Assembly (NCBI GenBank): GCA_965285935.1
Contig: OZ260665.1
Coordinates: forward strand, 20,026,001-20,090,000
Length of the DNA stretch: 64,000 nucleotides
Source of the DNA: Ophelia neglecta
Lineage: Eukaryota
Direction of reading: 5' to 3'
Shown: positions 38,893-52,178 of the stretch, one piece after another
Layout: the number at the start of each line of letters is the position of its first letter
Numbering within the stretch: position 1 is the first letter of the stretch
Made by a program: the position numbers and the translations under genes
The notes under the pieces: generated by a model
What the model saw: the letters and a program-made list of their open reading frames with translations, nothing else
What the model was told of the DNA's origin: nothing
Database searches by the model: none

Positions 38893-40184
38893 GAAGTCAC
38901 CAGTTTTCAATGATAATGGTCAGAACACAAAAGAAGCGAGTTAGTGGTCAATGTAGGACCGAGGTGAAATATGCCCTTGGAGGGTCTATGATGGTCTAAA
39001 TTCTCGCAAAATACACAGGCTAATGATGACATTGTCGAAATCAATGGGGAAGAAAAACGATAACATTGGCAGAATCTGTGGCTTCTTCGCCAGATAGTAT
39101 CATTGTTTTTCCTTTAATAGTGTGTCTTCTTCCATCTGAAGTCATATCATGTCGTGACCGTGTTAAGCAAGTTAAGGTTCTATCATACTGTCCTATTTGT
39201 TTCATAGATAATACATGTACTCTGTATGGCCAGAAATGGCGATGATGCCTTATACATGACTATTTAGTGCCACGCCACCTCCATCAAATTGGACAAAAAT
39301 TGATACAAATAACGCAAACTACAAAAGCAATTTACTTCCTCAAATAATTTGATGGACCCATAGGTTTCTGTTAATAGGAAGTGCGCATTAACCGTACTGG
39401 AAGGAGTTTGAGTAAATTCCATGCCAGTTACCTTTGAAGATATCACACATAACGCCCATTGGTATAAGGAGATCGTTACATTGACACAATTGAAAAAGGT
39501 ACATAGACTATTGACAATAACAGATCACAATGAAAAAAACCCACAAATATCAGTATAAGTCCAAGCTGTATTGTGTATATTTATGGAAGGTAGTAATTGT
39601 AGTGTGCATCTAAAACAATCTGTAAATATTGATGTGGGCGATAATGCGTGCTTTGTTAATACAAGCAGCGTGCTTAGTATAGTGTTTGGTTTAAATACAT
39701 TTATCAGGAACAACCAACTAGCGCCAGGCTAATCTAGAGGTCTCGCCTCGCAGATGCTTGCGACGTATGAGGTGATAAAGGAAATGATTCTTTATTCCTT
39801 CATTCATGATGACTTCCTTGACGGAAATGAAACCGAATACAAGAGTCAGTTACAGGCTGATTTTAGAGCACCAATAAAACAAGGTTGGCAAGGCTCATTC
39901 CATAAACGTGTTGAATAACAGACTGTTAAGTGTTAAATCAACTCAACACATATGAGATATTCATAAGTAATCGATTCCCATTTAACTATTTCTCGCAAGC
40001 AGGGAGTTTTGTTGAGAATTTCCTATTACTGGGAATAGATCATTAGATAAAGGATAAACACCACGCACAGAACAAAAATATCTTTTTTCACACAAACATG
40101 GCCGATGAATGATTACCTAATCATAAATATCCTTCGTTGCGGTATATTATAATTCAAATAACTATTTTAGCTATAAATCGAGCG

Positions 40185-40247
40185 GGGGTACCTGGTAGAC
40201 CAAGCCAAACGTGATTTCACATCAATCACCAGGAACCCGTAGCAGTG
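40185..40247 (-). repeat. Unclassified dispersed repeat, 3' partial copy
   Basis: Minus strand gggttcctggtgatt..ggtctaccaggtaccc. Confidence 0.45.
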
Positions 40248-42765
40248 TAACACCTTATTAAAGCTGTTTATTTGCAGTTCGGGAAGTGTTTAGTGCAGGG
40301 AAAGAGCTTCATTTGTAATCTCCCAATTGGGAGTTAAATATGAGACTTGACTTTTTCGGCAGAATTTCTTGATTTTCGGAGACGTTTGAACATGTAATGT
40401 ACCTTCGAATAGGACTAATTAAGATCTACGGGAGAACGAACAGAGTCAAATTAAGTGCACTGGAACCTTAATTTTTGTCCAACAGAGGACACCTTATGCC
40501 TGTGTAGATTGAGAATTTGCCTAGTATGTAAGTATGCATTCCATGATATTAATCGACTCGGGAAACAAATGGTCGTAGCAGATAATAATACTCGGGTACA
40601 TAGCCATGTCTAAAAAGAAATTTATTAATTTAATTAAACTTAATTTGAATTGTTTATTCAGTATTATTGACCCTTTCCTGTGTCACACATTTGTTATGCT
40701 GAGTGTAGTCCTTTTTTTTTTAGAAAACACGTGTCTTGTGCTACAGTGTGCTTATCATGGAAGGGCGGGAGCACGGTGGATTATGAATATTTCATCCATG
40801 GCTGGTCGACAAACAGACAGCAGGGCTATAATTAATCTCTTACGCTCACATGTTTTAAGGCAAGTTCTGAACGATTACATGTAAGGCATTATGTGTTCTC
40901 GTTGTTTATCTTCATACTGCTATCTAAGCCGCTTGGATTTAATATTATTGCAAGTTCCCTCAGCCAGCTACCTGCAGGCACTGCCACATATGGCAATGTT
41001 ATGGGGTCACCGATTAAATAAATATATAAAGACGGTTTTCTTTTATTATTCCAAGAAGAGCCAACAATGCCTATAGCGTGAATATTGCACATTCGCGTAC
41101 ATAGGCGCCATAAATTGTCCTTGCAACTTTCATAAAAGTGGCTTTCGAAATAAGGCATGTTTTCGGCAGTGCCAATATCCATTTTGTTGGAAATAAGTTC
41201 CATCATCAGCAGGTCAGAACAAATACAAAAGAGGGAAAACAAATGATTCGTACTCTTTGAATTTAATTACAAATGCATCAGAGGTTTTTTTTCCTTTTTT
41301 ACGACTGGTTACCCTTTTCTCCGGCAACATAACTTACCATGGAAATATACAAAACCTTGAAGTTATATGGGCGGGAACAAAGGGGAAACAGTGAGTATCG
41401 GATGCGTACAGGAAATAATAACATAAATACATTAAAACACCTGTTGGTGGTTGACTAATCCCGAACAAGCATTAATCGTGTTTTTTTTAGCATGCTATCA
41501 TCTATATATATTTTTTCAATGGACTGTTGCTACTGTTTACTCTTTCCCCTTTGCTTTTATTGCTGCAGTAAGAGTGGGCCTCATACACAAAAACTAAATC
41601 AAGTTTTGGGGAATTTTATATTGAACCAAAAAGTTAAAGGATGACAAACATAGCAGCAAGCTATTTGCACAACGTGCTTATTTAAGTATTTAAGAATTTA
41701 TTGGCTCACTTAAGCTCGGTCGTTGCAACGTCGCCATACATTTTTCGAAAAACTGCAGTCGGTCTGCAAAGGAGGACATGCTAACTTAATTTAACTATCA
41801 ACATCTGAGACCTGGGCGATCAAATCATGAGTATTTAGCAACATTTTCTAGCATTTCCGTAGCATTAAAAGGGCGGGTTTGTTCCAAAGGCAGTAAATGA
41901 GGCATAATGACCTGAAAAGCCCAATCATAAGGGGAGAAAGTGTTTGGGCTTAACTTCCGGACATTATACAATTTCTTCATGCGTTTGCCATGCTATATTT
42001 TATTGTGACCATACTGATTCGCCTTCGCACGTTACACAATTTCTTCATGGGTCTATACGGTCATAAAGTGTTAATATCATACTGCTATTGTCTAGATAAC
42101 CTCACAATGGAACTATTTTAATGCTCCATAACATACACAACATATCTGTTATTATTCAAAATATTGAATACAAAATGATAATAATTATAACTGATTCTTG
42201 GCTACATATATAGATCCCAATTATAAAATCATTATGATTTATTAATTGATACCCATATATGTAACCAAAAGATATAGATTTTTAAATTTGAAAATGAACA
42301 AATCAATGGAAGAAAATATGGAACAAGTGCATTGCTCTGAATGACACAGATGATTGGAATCGAAAGTACCAACACTAAATATTATTATATATAAAGGACA
42401 CGTTTTACTATTATTATACTCGTTGAACGTTAAATAACCTTGGCAAAATTGAAAATAATTCATTTTGTTCATAGATTTACACATGTCACTATGACAACGC
42501 ATACCGCAATAGGGAGAAATGTATTTGCTGTCAGCAGTGCCTTCCATATATTCGCCTTTCCGGGGGGGGGGGGGGGGGTACCCAATAGTACATCAGTACA
42601 ACGTCTACGCAAAATAGACCAAGCAGACTAAAGTACATTTAATTTACTGTTTTTTCCTACAAAGAAAAAAAAGGAGGGGTTGTTTATCAAATAAATCGAA
42701 CTTAAAACGCAACACTTCTACAGCAACAAATCAATAAAAGAAGGTCGTTCGTAACTCTCTAATAA

Positions 42766-42860
42766 CGGGATCGGATACCAGGCAGACGAAGCAATATCAG
42801 TAATCAAGAACATTACATCAAAACTGCTTGAAATCATTAGGAACCGTCAGTTGAGATCCA
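42766..42860 (-). repeat. Unclassified dispersed repeat, 3' partial copy
   Basis: Minus strand ggttcctaatgattt..ttcttgatt..tcgtctgcctggtatccgatcc. Confidence 0.6.
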
Positions 42861-43017
42861 AAAATGCTCTTTTAATATTACATTTCAGGCGTCTATTCAA
42901 TCGTCACTAACAAAGCGAATAACGGACAGTTATTATTGCAGCTTATTCCGTTAAGTGCAACATTTTTTAAATAACATTGGACAGGCCGTACGATAAATAC
43001 AGTAAAAAACGGAATAA

Positions 43018-43130
43018 TTAGTCGAAAAAATTCCCTAAAATCGGCCCGATGTCATTGGAACCAGCAGCCACAGCCACACATGCACTAATACATCGGTCTC
43101 CAGTTCCCAAACAATGAATAAACTTGTAGT
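43018..43130 (-). repeat. Unclassified dispersed repeat copy
   Basis: Minus strand tacaagtttatt..gtttgggaactggaga..ggctgtggctgctggttccaatgacatcgg..tcgactaa. Confidence 0.7.
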
Positions 43131-46100
43131 GTATTTAGATTTGTAGATCTCATGGTATCTGTGGGCCTGCAGCTGAATGTTCATGATTATTTCGGATGGA
43201 TAAAATATACTGTTCTTGATAAATATACTATCCATTTCCTTTGCTAGGAAAATATATCAAAGAAAATTGCTTCTTGTTACGGAGGCGATTCTCCCTGCAA
43301 TAACTAACGATATTATTGGTCTTTGGTCTACCAAGAAACACAGCCACGAAGAACTCAGTCATACGGCAAAAGAATAATGCTTTCAGAATGTTTGATGCTT
43401 GCCTCTTGCATACGCAACATATTTCACTGCAAAGGAGAGCCATTCCCCCTTAACATTCAGAGGCAATGTTTACGTTTATTTCGTGCCAGATGGATTATTT
43501 TGTTCAGTCAGCTAGTTGTGTACGCGATGTGTCAAACAGCAACCTCAGCTTGAAGTGTCGACCAGATATACTGCAAATGGTCCTAAGGCACACTTCCAGT
43601 AGGAGACGAATAGCTTTTTCCCTTATCGCCAATCAATTAAAATAGTTTATTTCCATCTCTGGGTATAGATGAACTCTCCCATTTTGATCAACTCCATTGA
43701 CAACTGATACACTAAACCAAATGGCAGGGCATGGTAAATAACTCACCTTAGAGGAATTACTGCATTCATCCACAGGGCCCATCGCCACATTCCACAGACT
43801 CTTATTCCACGCCGTTGGAATAATCCTCTTTCTTGCCCTGAACTTACGCACAGGGCGTGGGTATCTTACATATATAGTGCCAGCGATGGTGCCTGATACC
43901 TATGCCAGTGATTACGCAACTTCAGCAACCAAGCGCTGCATGTTTATTGCATTGAAAGCCATGTCTCGTGAGCCGTCATGTGCCCTAGTCCAATGAGAGA
44001 TGACACGAAGAAGAGTGCCCTAGGATATTGCCTCCAGATCACCGAGATTAACAACAATAAGATTCAATGAATCAACCATGGAAGTCAATGTGAAATACTC
44101 ATGTGCCAGCTAGACAAATGCGCGGAAAAATTCATTACGTAGGATAAAGCCGGATAATTTCACGCAGCAATTGGCCTTTTTACCAGGCACATTGTGTGCA
44201 GAATTAGACTACTTGATGTGCGGAATCAAACAATGCGGAAAGCTTATGGCCTTTTCACTGAGTAGAGTTAACCGGCTTATGCGTGGAATTGGCCGACTTT
44301 CTTGGGGGTCTATTAAGATATGCACGATTAACCAAAGATTAATATGCCCTGTTCTTTTTTCCCAGACATGGCCGCCTGATGGCTATGATGTATATGTTAT
44401 GACAGCCTGAGTCATACTCCGCTTCCTTGAAGCACTCCTTCCAAATTCTTCACTAAAAAGCTATTATTAAAGCTTTATTAATGTAATCAATTTAATTTTG
44501 TATCCAGAAGGCAATTTGTATTACTATTCTTACTGAATCAGCACCATTGCACCCGCACTCAAACTATAAAAACTTTATTTCCTTTTTTTCTCGTATCTGT
44601 TTTTTCTCGGATTCATATCAGTGAATAGCTTTATCTTAAGTTTTTATTTATGTATCTCTAGCGTATCAATTTACTTTTTTTGTCATAACATCCAAGACAA
44701 ATAAGCCCTAGGCTTCCTGTCTTTTGCTATATATAACAAGTACTTTTCTGTTAGCTGCTTTAATATATCATAATTTGGTAGGATTAAACATACTATTTGG
44801 TAGGATTAAACAATAATATTCTTTAACGCAATTTAGTTATATTATCAGTTTATTATCTGTTTGTTTCTTTGCCATCTATAGATCTTAATTTTGCATATGG
44901 TATATGTTTTATATATTGCTCCAGAATTGTACATATGTTATATGTTATATGATGATAATAAATAAATAAATAAACTAACCAGGGAGCACCCGTAACATGA
45001 GGCTGGCTGTGGGTAACTTTTATCTGAATATGTTAAAGAGGGCGATTATAATCTAAACTCCCACGCCAAACCTCGAGGGCGGTATTTTTCAAGGCAAATC
45101 ATCTTTTAACTGTTTTGTCAATTCGAGGTGTACCATCCATTTCCTTAATTGTTTTCCTCAAGAACGATTGATAGCCGAGCTGTACTTAATGACATATTAT
45201 GATAAGTCGGTTGTTCTTAACACTGCGACAGAAGCACCAGAAGTAAAGGATATTAAGAAAAGAGAATATTGTTCTTTCCTTTTTAAAGCGAATAAAAATA
45301 GGTAAAATGCAATATGTTTCCAGCATATATTTGATTGGTAAACCAAGAGCTGCCTTCATTTGTACTATCAGGCAAGCTTGTATCTAATAGTAATATAAAT
45401 TGGCCCTTGCTTACTTCAGACCTATGAAAGACTCGCTTTGACTGGTACTGTCTGTCAGGAACCTATGTCCTATTGATGTCCATATTCTTCGCACGTTATA
45501 AAACGGGGATATCTATTAAGGATGATGTGCTGGCTGTTCTGCAATGCAGCGGCAGCACGAACCTGTCTTTGGAAAAAAAGTAGCCAAATTGACTTTCACT
45601 CTGAAATGGTCTTTTCTTTTGTTGGACTTTAGCGCAGAGTGAAGCCTGAAAGCTTCATCCATTTCGTTTGTGTTTTCCGACGACACCATATTAAAGGCCT
45701 TTTGTTGTCAAACGAATGAACTATGGGGAAAGATGCAATGCCTAGCAAATCATGATTTGGGTGACAAGGAATGGCTCTGTTTCTCTTTAGCTCTTTTATT
45801 TGTCATCAAGAACTTAATTGGTTTTGACAGACACAGTGGGTATCAGAAAGCCCCCGCCGACGGCTTTCAAACATGGACAATATGGGCTATCATTCAGACC
45901 AATAGATTCAGAGCATTAAGGACCATCATTGGTATGGTGGCAAGTATATATGGGAGCCGCACGTGAGCCGAAAACAGCTTTTATGCTGGTATAACACATC
46001 TACAGCTACGATCGGGCAATTTCTTTGTACTGTTGAGTTAACTATTTTTTGGCCAGTCTCTGAAGCAAAGGCTTTGTGACAGTTTTGGTGGTGGTTGTAC

Positions 46101-46649
46101 AGAAGCTTATTTTTTATTTACCAATCACTGTGACGCTCGGCATGAGGTAATATTTATGCTGTCGTTGCTTGTTATTCCCTTTATATTCTAGCTGTCGATA
46201 TAAGTTTTAACGGAAATAACATTTTCCCCATCTGACAAACTCCCAAGAATGTTTGAGCTGTGCTACTAAGCCGACTAGCACAAACCAATATCCTAAGACG
46301 TACAGACAAAACCATACTAGTTCCCTTAGACTGCTAGCTATACGGAGCAACTCAAGTTGATGAATGATCAATCAAAATTAATGCAAAGGCTGAGCTTAGG
46401 TTAGCTTTACGAAAGTGAAAAAAAAAACTGTACATGTTCTACCATAGTTTGGGTATTAGAGCAGGGGGAAAGTGGCAAACGAAATGGGATATGTATTATA
46501 CAGTAGCAATTTTCTCCATTTTTCCTGACAAGATATACCGGATGAAGTGGCTCAGAGCACACATTAATTGAGCAATTGGGAATTCGAAAGTATGCATACA
46601 GCTGGCCAACAATAACCTGTTCATCTTAGAGCTCTGAAGTGCATATTGC

Positions 46650-47247
46650 CTTATAGTGTGTATTTATACTTTGTCCAGGTTGACAATCTATGTGGGCCTA
46701 AGGCAGCTGGTTAATGCTTATAGTGTGTATTTATACTTTGTCGAGGTTGACAATCTATGTGGGCCTAAGGCAGCTGGTTAATGCTTATAGTGTGTATCTA
46801 TACTTTGTCTAGGTTGACAATCTATGTGGGCTAAGGCAGCTGGTTAATGCTTATAGTGTGTACCTATACTTTGTCCAGGTTGACAATCTGGGCCTAAGGC
46901 AGCTGGATAATGCTTATAGAGTGTATCTTCACTTTGTCCAGGTTGACAATCTATGTGGGCCTAAGGCAGCTGGTTAATGCTTATAGTGTGTATCTATACT
47001 TTGTCGAGGTTGAGAATCTATGTGGGCCTAAGGCAGCTGGTTAATGCTTATAGTGTGTATCTATACTTTGTCGAGGTTGACAATCTATGTGGGCCTAAGC
47101 CAGCTGGTTAATGCTTATAGTGTGTACCTATACTTTGTCCAGGTTGACAATCTATGTGGGCCTAAGGCAGCTGGTTAATGCTTATAGTGTGTATCTATAC
47201 TTTGTCGAGTTTGACAATCTATGTGGGCCTAAGGCAGCTGGTTAATG
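46650..47247. repeat. 67-bp minisatellite, 9 copies
   Basis: Unit cttatagtgtgtatctatactttgtc(c/g)aggttgacaatctatgtgggcctaaggcagctggttaatg, starting at 46650, 46717, 46784, 46850, 46913, 46980, 47047, 47114, 47181. No spacers. Confidence 0.97.
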
Positions 47248-50200
47248 ATGATTTCTGACTCATGGAATATACGATTCTTAATTGTTAATTTGGTTTTGTC
47301 CGCAGGCTATTCACTCGATTTTTTAATTGTATAATTAAGAGCAAGTTAGAAGGAACTTCTCTCTCAGCCGGGAGTTTATCATCCCTTGCAAAGCTATATA
47401 ATCTAAAAGCGAATATGTTAAACTTTCAAGCCGAATGGTTAGCAAAACAAAATGGCATGTTATTTGCGTTAATATAACCAAGCATACGATAATACAGGGC
47501 TTGGTCTTACAGGGCGCACACACATATATAGCCTCTAAATATAGGAACTGTTTTTTTTCAAATGAAATTTTGCGATGTCATTAGATTGAATATTTCGGTT
47601 TATATAAGTATATACATAAACGGGATTTTATGAATCAGTTGCAGGCAATTGTCTCTACGAAATTAAATATTTGATATTAGTTCAATAATTATGAAATAAA
47701 GCCAGGGAAATAAACAATGAAAACGGGGCTCTGGGTAATTATATGCATCAAAGAAACAGTTAATGTTCTTCGGCCCCTAGGATCAGTATTTTGAGATATA
47801 AAGCATCAACCACGAAAAATATCTACGGCTAATTAATACACTGAAGCTTGTCTAGATCTAAAAGCTTGAACGTGTACCAGAATATCAGCATGATGGGAAC
47901 CATAGCACCGTGATCATTTTCTGAGAAGATTACAATACGTTGTAAACTACATATATAGCTACCATTTACCACTAAGACCTATATATCTTGCGTTCATGGC
48001 ATATAAGATGTTTTTACATGTCGGCCCACTGGGGAAATTGAATTTTATGACATAAATCGATGAGTACTTGACAATGAAATCGAGATTTTGTCGCGTTTAT
48101 CTTCGTTATTGGCCAATGTGTTTTGTGATGTACGTCTCATGCTGTGTATGTGCCATGTGGAAGGAGGCCTGAACAAAACTGGTGATGAATGGTAACAATT
48201 ACAATAAGGCGGCGTTAAAGGCCGGTTATACCTGCTAGCGGCAAAATAAGTTATTCATATGTCTTGTCAATTTATATGGTGGAATTAGTTAGCGTGCTGA
48301 CAACAACAATAGTTGTGAAATGCCTTTTGAAGTTTCTTATCTTAGAAATTATATTCTCTATGTATCAATCAGTAACATATTTCAAGACATGTCATCGGAG
48401 GCATTTAGATGGAACTTCTCCAAAAGGTATAACGGCCGAGAAAACGGATTTGTTTCGGATTCGTACACTTTGTTGCCCAATGAACGAACCCTAAAACCTT
48501 CTTTCTTCGAGGAAAAGTAAACGTTCTCAAGCAATTACAAAATCAGCCCACAGGAGCAGGTATTGTATGCTGACAGAGGCGTCGCTGCAATATATACTGT
48601 TTTGCATATATACCTGCATGTATGGTTATTCGGGCCGCAGTAGAATCAGGTATGTTTGCGGGTGATTGTCAATAGCGAACATAACTTAACATGGAATAAA
48701 GCTAGTAGACATTGCACGAACTTTCTAAAGGCTTTGCTCTTAGTCATTTTTCATTTAGAACTCTATTGACATGTTGCTCTGATTCCGTTACTCAGTGATG
48801 AGAGTTTCGTACGCAAAACTGCCGACAGTATAATGGGAGTGAGCTATTGCACAAATGATCACATGATCTCACTGCTTTAAAGGCCCGATGCCCAACAGAC
48901 GGAATTATGCCAGGCCTGTAAACATTAGTTAGTTGTCTACTCGACGGGCATTGAGGGACTCATAAATCTGTGAAAGGGAGGCAAACGGTGCATGCGGAAA
49001 TTGCCGATCACTGCTTAGAACCGCCAGTCCACAGGCCTGGAAAATGTCTTTAGCATTTGAAAGGTTGCGCCAGTCTTATTATTTAAAATGAAATATAATT
49101 TTACATATACTAGAAAGCAGCGTTGATACTAGTGGTAACTTCTACCAACTCCTTTGCGCGGAAATGTGAATGAAAAATATGAATGCAGAGTTAGTTAATG
49201 TGCTGCAGCACCTTTTAGGGCAAAATAAGTTTGTATTGCTATAATAATAAGTTAAAGAACGGCACTATATTGAAGAATTTGTTTTACTTTGATTGCGTAG
49301 AAAGTATGACAATCCAAAGGAAACGCATCAACGAAACTAATCTCGATATATATAATGAGATATTCATCCGTAGGATCTAGGTGTCGGTACTTGAAACTTC
49401 TTTATCCTTTGCATGAATATTACGCCGTTCGATATGCTGAAGCATTCGGGACGAATACTGGAATATAAGTACATTAATTGTTTTCACTTCCATTGAAGAG
49501 ATATGGGGCTATAAAGATATAAAACGACCGCAGAAGTCTCGTTAACATTGCAGTTAAAAGGTAACACTCTCGCCTCTCATCATGTGGCTAGGAGTTATGT
49601 GCGTGAATTGACACTGGCATATTTGTATGCTGGACGTGCGTGTGTAAATTCACGATAAACGCGTGCATGGCTAACCTAATGTGTATTATATTAAGGAAGG
49701 GGGTGGCATGCTTCCTCATTAGACATTTACATCTCCTGTGCCTATCAATCTACACCTCCATTGGACCATTTGCCATCGTTGACACCTGGAAACAACCATT
49801 ACTATAGGTATGTATTTACCAAGCCGCAAACTTGCCGTAATACCGATGGATTTGTGAAGGAAGAAGAATTGAAACTTGGAAAAAGTCGTGCAATAATATT
49901 TTAGTAAACCGACCTTGGACTAGTCCATAAAACATGAATGTATTCTGCACGAGTAGTCGGTAGCTCAGGTCCATACAGAGTAAAGTAAAGTAAAGCCTGT
50001 GACACAATAGATAGAGAAGAGTCCCTTTCCATCAACGACTTTCTTTATTAACATACATCAAGTTCCTAGCGTATGGAGTTGAGAGACTTTGATTGTATTA
50101 TTTATTTCACACTGCTTTTGCATTTTCCTTGCTTCAATTGGTGCTTTTTTGTTCACTAGAACAACCCAAAAGGGATTCCTCTATTTTATACTGTCTCCCC

Positions 50201-52015
50201 TTAATATGCAGTGAGGAAGGCTTAACAGGTTTCACCATTGCATTGTGACCAAAATCAACTCTCGAGAAATTGGCCAGCTGCAACATCGCAAATATAGCAT
50301 TCAGCAAGCCCGACATTTATTAACATGTTATATGTTTACTCAATATAGGTAAATAAGAGTGTCATAATAAAAACAAACGGGAATGAAAAAAGAGAAGCAC
50401 AGGAAACGAATTTTAAATTTTAGAATTGAATGAATCGCGCTCATAACCATCATCCGGTGATAAACACTCCCTGGCGTGGGAGGGCCAAGCGTGTTGAAAG
50501 CTATCTTACGGAGACAGGTCACAGGCACTTTGTTTCCGGCGTCATTTGTTGGCGTTCGTGGAATTGCATTGAAATGCTGATTTAGCCTAACAGAAATATA
50601 TGCGGGCAATGCATCAATGGCTTTGTGTTAATAACCTTTGAGTCCTGAGTCCCGGTCGACTGGAAGCGGAAGAAAAAGAAAGTACCCATTTTCGTAAAGC
50701 AGCATCATTATGCAGCTGAAATAATCAGTTACGGTATCCAAATGGGTTTTGACATATCAAAGCATTGCATTCAAGTTAGACCGAAAAGTTCTCATATCTG
50801 AATGACTGTACTATGCGGGCAAACATGAACTAGGGTCACATTCATATGTTTCTGGTATTAATCAAATAACAATTCCAGAAGTTTTAGTTTTATGTCAAAT
50901 TAATTGTACAGCTTTTAAGGTATCATGGAGAGTATTTCGGTTGATGTATTTGACGATTTTTCTTTTCCTATACATTAAACCGTGTTCCCGATAACTGGAC
51001 ACGTATACAATGATGAAAGAGACGCAGTAAAGAGTTTATTAAAAAAGGTTAAGATGAACAAAAACAAAAAAATCACATTTGCCCTTTTGGTAATCTTTGG
51101 TGATTTCGCTGCAATAAGAAAGCACTAAAGGAATTGCGACTACATTTTTGTATTGCTGAAGTGCACAGAACCGTATTGGGGAAATAAATACCGCCGCCCT
51201 TGTGTTAGTTAATTAGTTAAAAAAAAATAAAAGCAGAGAATTTACAGAATGTTTGACTAGGCCATGAACAGGAGGCAGTGGACATTTTCCTGTCTGACAG
51301 AAAGCGTAAGTAATAAATCCACATTAGAAGTTTGATTCTTGCTGCTGAATAAAAAATATGTTCCACAAATATCGAGTGAGTACCCTTGTTGCAATTGTGC
51401 ATAATTAACTCAAATTGCCAGTTAATCTTTACAAGTTGGGCAAAAAACCAACGCTTTTATCAACAGTTGAAGGGCCCGTAATAGCGCATACACCGACGCC
51501 TGCATGTGTCTTTCATGTATTAACCTTACCTAACCGAAAACAGCAACAGGTTGCAAGAGTTGGCCACGTTAACTACAAACTACTTAGTGTGCTGTCTCAA
51601 TAAAGAGGCTGGCTTGTCTTTCTGGAACTACTTTCCGTCCAATCAGTCATCATTCTTTAATTGTAAATGTCGTCAAACATTTGTATAATGCTTTCAAAAG
51701 GGTATTCCTAAATCTCGGTGAAAAGTTTTACCTATATTATTTTTTCTGTTTGGTAAGACACAGCGCATATCACTGATACCTGAAAAGTATAAGCCGTTCG
51801 GCTTCTGTATTAAATACATTGTCATAATAGACGAATGGACATAAAGAGAAACCCATGAACTACAGGATTAAAATTGTAAAAAGTAAGACAGAGAGAAAAA
51901 ATGTCCCGAGGAAGGACATGATGCTGTAACCTCTGTTGTAAGCCCTATAATGGTGTCAGCACACTCTTAAAGAGGCCTTTATTCCATGTATTAACTATCT
52001 GCCACCCTTCATATA

Positions 52016-52178
52016 CAGCGAAACCTGCCTTAAAGACCACCTCTATATTCAGACCACCTGTCAATTGAGATATAATAACCTTACTGCACACTCTCAATGT
52101 AAAATAAAGAAAGACCACCTCCATAATCAGACCAGTATTTTGAGTCCCTTAGGTGGTCTTAATTCACAGGTTTCACTG
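52016..52178. mobile_element. Tc1/mariner (pogo/Tigger-like) MITE
   Basis: TA|CAGCGAAACCTG ... CAGGTTTCACTG|TA: TIRs with 1 mismatch, TA TSD, and internal AGACCACCT repeats. Confidence 0.85.

Noticed and set aside
43742-43840. Possible minus-strand exon (ttcag|GGCAAG...CTAAG|gtgagt); similar isolated candidates near 35594 and 60823-61075
   Set aside because: Splice-like signals are present but there is no recognisable protein and no consistent exon chain. RNA-seq is needed.
46650-47247. CRISPR array (67-bp period)
   Set aside because: The entire unit is repeated; there are no unique spacers.
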